DNA of 64,000 bases from an uncultured Collinsella sp. (lineage in GTDB: Bacteria > Actinomycetota > Coriobacteriia > Coriobacteriales > Coriobacteriaceae): NCBI GenBank assembly GCA_902494035.1, contig CABURV010000002.1, forward strand, positions 530 to 64,529. Direction: 5' to 3'. Below, piece by piece: positions 57,302-64,000 of this stretch. The translations under genes and the position numbers were made by a program. Under the pieces are notes generated by a model. That model searched no databases, was not told the DNA's origin, and worked only from the letters and a program-made list of their open reading frames with translations. Each line of letters begins with the position of its first letter. The stretch's first letter is position 1.

Positions 57302-58105
57302 CTAGAAACGGTTGCCGCGGAAGCCGCCGCCGTTGCGGCCGCCACGATCGCCACCGCGACCGCCGCGGTCGTTACCGCGGTTGCCGCCGAAGCCGCCACG
57401 GTTGCCGCCGCGATCGCCATAGCCACCACGGTTGCCGCCAAAGCCGCCGCGACCGCCACGGTCGCCGCCACGGCCACCACGATCGTCACGGCCGCCGCGA
57501 GGACCGCGGTCCTCGTCCAGGCCCATGGCGACGAGCGGAGCGATGACCTTATCGAGAGCGGCCATCAGCTCGGTGGCCTCCTCGTAAGAAAGCTCGGGCA
57601 GGAGCTTCTCCTTCTTGTTGGCAAGCTCGACCAGGCCCTCAGCGGCATCCTCGGCAGCGAAGACAACGATCTTGCGCATATCGCCCTCGGCGTCGTCGAT
57701 GCGGCCGACCAGATCGGCAGCCTCGGCCTCGGCCATCAGGCCATCGAGCTCACGAAGGCGCATGCCCAGCAGGTCGGACATTTCCTTCTGCTCCATCTTG
57801 GGCTTGAGGTCAAGGAGCTTGATGGCGCGCTCGATGTTCGCCATGCGCTCGGCCTTGGCCTCCTCCTCCTTGGAAATAGCAAAGCGACGGCTACGCAGCA
57901 GGCGGGCGGCCTTCTGCATCTTGTCCATCAGTTCTTCGTCATCGTAATCAACGGCGGCCTCGACAACCTCGGCCTCCTCCTCGGCAGAAACCTCGTCAGC
58001 AGCCTCAACCTCGGCAGCTTCGGTCTCCACGGTCTCGACTGCCTCGACCTCGGCAGTCATGGTCTCGTTCTCGGTCTCGTTCATGATCTCTTCGTTCTCG
58101 GACAT
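57302..58105 (-). CDS. Hypothetical protein: acidic N-terminus, MarR-like core, RGG-repeat tail
   Basis: AAGGAG RBS, strong codon bias; MEQKEMSDLLGMR...GDMRKIVV; GGRGGDRGGRGGFGGNRGG tail. Confidence 0.8.
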   Translation of the reverse strand: MSENEEIMNETENETMTAEVEAVETVETEAAEVEAADEVSAEEEAEVVEAAVDYDDEELMDKMQKAARLLRSRRFAISKEEEAKAERMANIERAIKLLDLKPKMEQKEMSDLLGMRLRELDGLMAEAEAADLVGRIDDAEGDMRKIVVFAAEDAAEGLVELANKKEKLLPELSYEEATELMAALDKVIAPLVAMGLDEDRGPRGGRDDRGGRGGDRGGRGGFGGNRGGYGDRGGNRGGFGGNRGNDRGGRGGDRGGRNGGGFRGNRF

Positions 58106-58257
58106 GAGACTCCTTCTTGGCCCTCTCGGGCATCATCGCCCCATTCGCGGGGCCCGTCGCGCACTCTTTGCGCTTTAAACATTCATGCCTCTCGGCAAAA
58201 CGTCCATTAGTTTATGGTGTCGCCATCCAATCTAGCTGCAGAATCTATGTGCACACA

Positions 58258-59673
58258 TTAATGCGACATGTGCGACTCGCGACGAGCGTACACCAGCGAC
58301 ACCGCGAATCCGACCACGGCAATTACAGCCGCCACACGCACGGCAGTTGCAAATCCAATCGCCTGGGCAACGTCCGTCGCAGCGCCAGCGGTGCCGGCAG
58401 TCGCCGCAGAACTCGAGAGCAAGCCGATAAACAGCGACGGGCCAAACGATGCGGCAATCATGTTCCACGTGTTGAGCAATGCCGTTCCGTGAGGATGCTC
58501 AGCGGCAGGAAGCGTCTCCAAGCCGGCCGTCTGCGAGGGGCTCAGCACCAAACCGACTCCGGCATACACCACAACGGTCAGCGCCACGACGACGCCGATG
58601 TTCATGCCTGCCGCCGTCATCGAGATTGCAGTCTGCCCCACGGCAATCAGGGCAAAGCCGACCGGCAGCAGCGGCCATGCGCCACGGGCGTCCATCACGC
58701 GTCCGCCCACAATCGAGGTCACGGCGTTGCAGGCAATTGCCGGCAAAATGAGCAGGCCCGCAACAAGTGCGGTCATGCCGTATGCGCCCTCAAAATAGAG
58801 CGGCAACAACACGCTCATCGAGAACGTCGTCATCATCGACACCACCACGAGCAGGCACGCAGGCCAAAAACGAACGCTCGCCATGGGACGCACGTTAAGC
58901 ACCGGGTGCTCGAGCTTAAGCTGGCGGGCCGCAAACAGGCCGAGCAGCACAATGGCGGCGAAGAGCGTCACGATGCCGGCAATCAGATTGGTCGAGAACT
59001 CGCCTACGGAATACACAAATGCCGTAATGCCGGCGGCGAGCAAAACAACCGACAGAATATCAAGCGTGGCGTTCGAACGCTCTCCGACATTCTGAACAAG
59101 CTTTACGCCCGCCGCAGCGACCACAATGCCGCCCACCAGCGGCACTACGAACACCGCCCTCCAGCCAAACAACGTGCACATAAGACCGCTGATCACGGGT
59201 CCAAACGCCGGCCCCAGCGTAATGCAGGCACCGCCCAGGCTCAGATACAGACCGAGCTTCTCGCGCGGAGCGCAAGACAGCACCACGTTCATCATGAGCG
59301 GGAACAAAATGCCCGATCCTGCAGCCTGCAAAATACGGCTTGGCAGCAAAACGCTAAATGACGGAGCGAACAGGCACAGGACTTCGCCGGCGACCATGCA
59401 TCCGCATGCGAAAAACAGCAGCTTGCGCGTCGAGAAACGGCCGGACAGGAAGGCCATGATGGCCGTAAAGATCGACGTCACGATCATGTAGCCCGAGACG
59501 AGCCACTGTGCCGTGGTGGCACTCACCGAAAAGGCTGCCATAATGTCATGCAACGCCACGTTAATGATGTTCTCGTTAAACGCGGCAACAAAGGCTGCAA
59601 TATACATTACGACGAGAATCGCCGCAGAGGCCGATGGCGTTACTTGAACTTGTTGCTGAGATTTGCTCCCCAT
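58258..59673 (-). CDS. MFS efflux transporter (DHA2/LmrB-like)
   Basis: FNENIINVAL, AQWLVSGY, RILQAAGSG, GPAFGPVISG, 14-TM pattern. Confidence 0.9.
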   Translation of the reverse strand: MGSKSQQQVQVTPSASAAILVVMYIAAFVAAFNENIINVALHDIMAAFSVSATTAQWLVSGYMIVTSIFTAIMAFLSGRFSTRKLLFFACGCMVAGEVLCLFAPSFSVLLPSRILQAAGSGILFPLMMNVVLSCAPREKLGLYLSLGGACITLGPAFGPVISGLMCTLFGWRAVFVVPLVGGIVVAAAGVKLVQNVGERSNATLDILSVVLLAAGITAFVYSVGEFSTNLIAGIVTLFAAIVLLGLFAARQLKLEHPVLNVRPMASVRFWPACLLVVVSMMTTFSMSVLLPLYFEGAYGMTALVAGLLILPAIACNAVTSIVGGRVMDARGAWPLLPVGFALIAVGQTAISMTAAGMNIGVVVALTVVVYAGVGLVLSPSQTAGLETLPAAEHPHGTALLNTWNMIAASFGPSLFIGLLSSSAATAGTAGAATDVAQAIGFATAVRVAAVIAVVGFAVSLVYARRESHMSH

Positions 59674-59878
59674 GCATTTCCTTCCTCTTGGAACGACAGT
59701 CGCATCGCCCCAGAGGAACGGTCCAGGGCGAAAAATGAGCCCTAGACTTACGCCAGACGCCGTACACGACGAATCTGGCAACATGGTCCAACATCGAAAG
59801 ATTGTAACGCGGACGCACAGCTTTCCTTCCGCGCTATTATTAAAAGTCCACGAAAGCATAAGACATGAGGAGCCCGCC

Positions 59879-60289
59879 ATGATTAAGCCCATCATGAAAT
59901 CCGAGTTCTTTTTACGCCTGCCTTCCGAAGACGCGGGACCCGACGATGCCGCGACCGGGCAGGACCTCCTGGATACGCTCCACGAGCATGAGCACGAGTG
60001 CGTGGGCCTCGCCGCCAACATGATCGGCGTGCGCAAACGCATCATCTGCGTAAAGGACGGCAACAGGACACTCCTGATGTACAACCCGCAAATTCTTGAG
60101 CAGGTCAATGCCTATCAGACGAGCGAAGGATGCCTCTCGCTGGTCGGTGAGCGTCCCTGTACCCGCTATCGCCGCATTAAGGTTGAGTATTTGGACGAGA
60201 ACTTCGTCCACCGCATCAAAAACTTCTCGGGCTACACCGCCGAAATCATCCAACACGAAATCGACCACTGCAACGGCGTCGTGGTTTAG
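59879..60289 (+). CDS. def: Peptide deformylase family protein (short variant)
   Basis: CVGLAANMIG, EGCLS, QHEIDH; GAGGAG RBS. Confidence 0.85.
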   Translation: MIKPIMKSEFFLRLPSEDAGPDDAATGQDLLDTLHEHEHECVGLAANMIGVRKRIICVKDGNRTLLMYNPQILEQVNAYQTSEGCLSLVGERPCTRYRRIKVEYLDENFVHRIKNFSGYTAEIIQHEIDHCNGVVV

Positions 60290-60325
60290 GCCACCTGCCA
60301 AAATGAGGGTACCGGAGGCCTCCCT

Positions 60326-61249
60326 ATGGATATCAGCCGCTTTGGCGAATTCGCCATCTTAGCGCAGTCACGCACGTTTCTTGATGCGGCGGAACTGCTT
60401 TTCATGTCGCAATCAACCCTCTCCAAGCACATCATGGCAATGGAGCACGAGCTCGGCTGCAAGCTCATCGATCGAAGCCAGCGCCACGTAACACTCACCG
60501 CGCAAGGTGAAGCGCTCCTCCCCTATGCGCAAAAAATTGCGACGCTTCAGCACCGCTATCTTGCCGCCATTCAAATAGGCGCAGGTGAGCCGCTCGAGCA
60601 CCTCACCGTAGGTTCTATCCCCATTATGGCCCCTTATGGGATCACGGACGCCGTCATCGATTTTCAGCAGGCGAACCCCTCATATTCTGTTGAGCTCATC
60701 GAGGGCGAGGGCGACACACTCAAGCGCATGCTCCTGCACGAGGACATTGACCTGGCCTTCATCCGTGACGGCGGCGCCATCGAGCCGGAGTTCAAAAAGA
60801 TTCCCTTTACGACCGACCGGCTCGTGGCCGTCCTTCCACTCGACCATCCGCTCGCCGAACGTGACGCCGTCGAGATAGACGACCTTATCGACGAGAATTT
60901 CCTCATGCTTCCCCAAGGCTCGTTCGTAAGCGAGCTCGTCCTTTCCCTTTGTCGCGAAGCTGAATTTGGCCCACGTGTTACGTTCACCGGCAAACGAGCC
61001 GAGAACATCATCTCTCTTGTCGCACGCGGCGCCGGTGTCTCATTCCTCATGCGCAAGCCGGCGGAATCGCTTGCCAGCGGAAAGGTAGCCCTGGTGCCGC
61101 TTGAGCCCGCGACGACCTCCGAGGTCAGGCTCTACCTCAAGCGAAACGCCGCGCACTCGCAGGCGGTCGTCTCGTTCATCGGCTTCCTCCCCTACCGTCA
61201 GCTCCTGCAGGGCGACCGTGCGTCTTCCACCGCGGCACGACCGTCATAA
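60326..61249 (+). CDS. LysR family transcriptional regulator
   Basis: FLDAAELLFMSQSTLSKHIMAMEHELGCKLIDR, LTAQGE, IDLAF. Confidence 0.93.
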   Translation: MDISRFGEFAILAQSRTFLDAAELLFMSQSTLSKHIMAMEHELGCKLIDRSQRHVTLTAQGEALLPYAQKIATLQHRYLAAIQIGAGEPLEHLTVGSIPIMAPYGITDAVIDFQQANPSYSVELIEGEGDTLKRMLLHEDIDLAFIRDGGAIEPEFKKIPFTTDRLVAVLPLDHPLAERDAVEIDDLIDENFLMLPQGSFVSELVLSLCREAEFGPRVTFTGKRAENIISLVARGAGVSFLMRKPAESLASGKVALVPLEPATTSEVRLYLKRNAAHSQAVVSFIGFLPYRQLLQGDRASSTAARPS

Positions 61250-61311
61250 TCCCCGCTGCTCCACAACCGCAGACTTGTGTCCGCAAACACGCTGACAACG
61301 GCACAAAACAC

Positions 61312-61352
61312 AAATATGCCTCGGGCGGCACGTCGCCGTCCGAGGCATATTT
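61312..61352. terminator. Hairpin terminator between the convergent LysR and PTS genes
   Basis: aaatatgcctcgggcggc / gccgtccgaggcatattt. Confidence 0.8.
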
Positions 61353-61372
61353 AGTTAAAGTGCGCAGAAAGA

Positions 61373-62815
61373 CTAGTCCACCGAGATGTTGAGTGCCTTA
61401 CCGCCCTCGTCCTTCTTGGTACCGATCGCCATAGCGGCGACAAGAGCCAGAACGAAAGCGACCACACCGGAGATGACAAGGCCGATAAAGCCCGTGTCGA
61501 TGCCGGCAGGGTTAATAAAGCTCGGGAAACCGAGCGGGCCGGAGGCGCCGAAGGCATAGAGCTTGGCACCCATGAGGCCGGCAATGGCGCCGCCTACACC
61601 AGCGGAAATAAAGGTTGCCCACATAAGGCGCTTACGCGGCAGCAAGATGGCGTAAAGCGCAGGCTCGTTGACACCGAAAATCGAAGAGACAAGGGCGGGA
61701 ATGTTGACGGCAGCATTTTCCTCGGAGTCCTTGGTTCGGATGATCATGCCAAGCACAGCGCCGGCGATGGCACAACCGCCTGCATACACGAGCGGGTTAA
61801 TGAGGTCATAGCCGTAGGTTGCGACATCGAGGAACCACAGCGGGATGATGCCCCAGTGCAGGCCGAACATGACGAGCAGGCTCCAGAACGTGCCGATGAC
61901 GAAGCCGGCGATGGCGGGTTGGAAGTTGATGAGCATCAGAATGATCTGGGCAACGATGTTGGAGAGGACCGTCATGACCGGACCGACCACAAGCAGGCCA
62001 AGGATGCCGCAAATGAGGAGCGTCAGGATGTTGGAGAAGAACGAGCTCACAAGCGCGGGCAGCGCGTTAGAAAGGGCCTTGTGCACCTTGGAGGCAATCC
62101 AGACGATAAAGATCGCAGGCAGAATCGTCGATGAGTAATTCTGCATGATCAGCGGGATGCCAAAAATATCACCGTAGACATTGGACTCGAAGACCGTACC
62201 GGCGCCGAGCGTGTAGAGCGGATCTCCGCCCATAAGGGCAACGAGCGTCGGATAGACGAGGATACCGCCGAGCGCCATTCCCATAACGGGCTTAAGTCCG
62301 AACTTCTTGGCCGACGTCCAGCCAATGATTAGCGGAAAGTAATAGAAGACCGAATCTCCGATTGCCGAGAGCGTCACATACGTATTGCTGTCCTTGGCAA
62401 GCCAACCGGCAACCGTGCAGAGCGCGAGCATCGACTTGATAAAGCCACCGGCCATAAGCACGCCAAGAACCGGTTGCAGAATCTCGGAGATGATGGCCAG
62501 CAGACGCGAGAATGGATCGCCCTTTTTGACGTCGTCGCCTTCATCGATATCGAGTGCGGGTTTGGAGTCGAACCCGCCAATCTGAACAAGGTCGTTGTAG
62601 ACGGCCTCGACAGTGGCACCAATCACGACCTGATACTGTCCGCCGGCCTGGATGACGTCAACGACGCCCTTCGTCGCCTTAAGCTCATTGGTCTGGGCGA
62701 GCGATTCATCCTTGAGGTGGAAGCGGAGACGCGTAATGCAGTGGCTCACGTCTAACACATTGTCTCGACCACCGACCTTTGTGATGATTTCATCGCAAAG
62801 CTTCTGGTATTTCAT
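61373..62815 (-). CDS. PTS EIIBC, beta-glucoside/sucrose family (no EIIA)
   Basis: VGGRDNV, HCITRLRF, QYQVVIG, YSSTILP, VMFGLHW, FGVNEPALY. Confidence 0.92.
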   Translation of the reverse strand: MKYQKLCDEIITKVGGRDNVLDVSHCITRLRFHLKDESLAQTNELKATKGVVDVIQAGGQYQVVIGATVEAVYNDLVQIGGFDSKPALDIDEGDDVKKGDPFSRLLAIISEILQPVLGVLMAGGFIKSMLALCTVAGWLAKDSNTYVTLSAIGDSVFYYFPLIIGWTSAKKFGLKPVMGMALGGILVYPTLVALMGGDPLYTLGAGTVFESNVYGDIFGIPLIMQNYSSTILPAIFIVWIASKVHKALSNALPALVSSFFSNILTLLICGILGLLVVGPVMTVLSNIVAQIILMLINFQPAIAGFVIGTFWSLLVMFGLHWGIIPLWFLDVATYGYDLINPLVYAGGCAIAGAVLGMIIRTKDSEENAAVNIPALVSSIFGVNEPALYAILLPRKRLMWATFISAGVGGAIAGLMGAKLYAFGASGPLGFPSFINPAGIDTGFIGLVISGVVAFVLALVAAMAIGTKKDEGGKALNISVD

Positions 62816-63008
62816 GGAATTCTCCTTTTTCTGAGCGGGGTATAGCATCGATTTCATGCCTCCGTAGTCGACGTGGGAGGGCAAGGAACCCACTTCCCCC
62901 TTTGAAATCCGCGGACGCACGTACGCCCGGGATGCGAAACGGCAGAGAAGATGGAAGATGCCGATCACATGGCGGCGAGCCTCATTGGCCCATGTCACGC
63001 AATCAGGT

Positions 63009-64000
63009 CTACAAACGCGAATCTGCTGCGCCGAGAAGTCTCGTCGTCTGGCAGAACTTGTCACACAGACGTTCCGGTTCGCCCTGGGGAATCTGAGTAC
63101 GCTCGGTCTCAAAGGAGAGGCCGTACTCGCGTGCCGGAAGGAAATACTCGAAATAGCCGTTGGTGTAACCGCAAACTATTCCCTCGACCGGGCATTCGCG
63201 CTTCATGCGAATACCCAAGTCGCTGCCGAGCTCACTCGGGAACACAAAGAGATGCAGGCCGCCCAAACTGATGACGGCACACTTAAGCGTGAGCGAAAAG
63301 TCGTCATGGGCAACGGTGTGATAGAACGTCTGAGGCTCGATGCGGTCGAGAACGACCTCGCGATCGAGCTTGATCTGGGAAATCGCCTCGGCAAGACCGG
63401 TCGAAACGCGCTCGACCTCGGGAATGCCGCGTCCCTGGCGAAAATTGCGGTCGCTACAGTCGCCAGCAGCACCGACGACCATGGCCGGATAGTAACCAAG
63501 ACTCTGAGCGAGCTTTTTGCCGGTGAGACCGGCGAGTTCGCTCGTGAGCTCCGTGCAGTCGGGTCCGACGCAAGCGGAATGCACCGCCCAGTTCACAAAG
63601 CCCGCAAATGGCTTGCCTTCGGTATCGAAGAACGATACGACAATGACCTCATTGTCGGCGAGTTCACCTGGGATGATGCGGTTGTCGTAGAAACCGGTGA
63701 TGACCCGCTTGCCCAAGCGACAAATCGCGGGCTGTGCGTTGGCGCGGCACTCCTCAAAGCATTGGCAAATGGTATCGAGGAACCAGCGGTAGTAGTTCTC
63801 GTCGAACTTTCCCGTCCACCAGCTGCGGTGGTAAGCGACGATTGAAGTATGGTCGTGCGTCGCCGAGAGCAGGACGCAATCACGGTCAATGCCGTAGCGC
63901 TCGGCGAGCATTGTCTTGACTTCCTCGGCCATGCTTTCCTCGAACTCGAGGACATCGGCATTAAAGAGAAACACTTCACGTTCGCCTTGCTGGAAGAGAA
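63009..64000 (-). CDS. Neutral/alkaline ceramidase-like hydrolase (5' end outside the window)
   Basis: LLSATHDHT, NWAVHS, GAAGD, PSE, GYTNGY..YF; frame stays open to the window edge. Confidence 0.7.
   Translation of the reverse strand, partial: LFQQGEREVFLFNADVLEFEESMAEEVKTMLAERYGIDRDCVLLSATHDHTSIVAYHRSWWTGKFDENYYRWFLDTICQCFEECRANAQPAICRLGKRVITGFYDNRIIPGELADNEVIVVSFFDTEGKPFAGFVNWAVHSACVGPDCTELTSELAGLTGKKLAQSLGYYPAMVVGAAGDCSDRNFRQGRGIPEVERVSTGLAEAISQIKLDREVVLDRIEPQTFYHTVAHDDFSLTLKCAVISLGGLHLFVFPSELGSDLGIRMKRECPVEGIVCGYTNGYFEYFLPAREYGLSFETERTQIPQGEPERLCDKFCQTTRLLGAADSRL

Noticed and set aside
57310..57510. GC-rich short tandem repeats
   Set aside because: Explained by the coding RGG tail of 57302..58105

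Overview
GC-rich bacterial chromosome segment, most likely from Coriobacteriia (Collinsella-like; inferred from gene content and codon style, not from a search). About 50 mostly housekeeping or accessory CDS: recJ (partial), livKHMGF, hom, purL, kdgT, azlCD, an LctD-EtfB-EtfA oxidoreductase operon, pdxR-pdxST, aldehyde and alcohol dehydrogenases, rubrerythrin and a PTS EIIBC. No rRNA, tRNA, CRISPR array, integrase or transposase was recognised. Main observations: (1) a tRNA-modification neighbourhood with a complete Elp3, a methyltransferase carrying Trm9/ALKBH8-like motifs, and trmB, suggesting a bacterial mcm5U34 pathway; (2) a Vsr/DUF559-like nuclease gene bracketed by two diverged 123-bp elements with terminal inverted repeats that supply the stop codons of both adjacent genes; (3) a ~150-nt structured element present twice, 53 kb apart, with compensatory base changes, each directly after a stop codon; (4) a TerB_N/C-DUF2791-Lhr operon with an SOS-box-like site in its promoter; (5) a Csc/WxL-like surface-protein cluster; (6) several families of REP-like palindromes. 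Family assignments come from motifs read by eye and recalled consensus sequences and need HMM confirmation.
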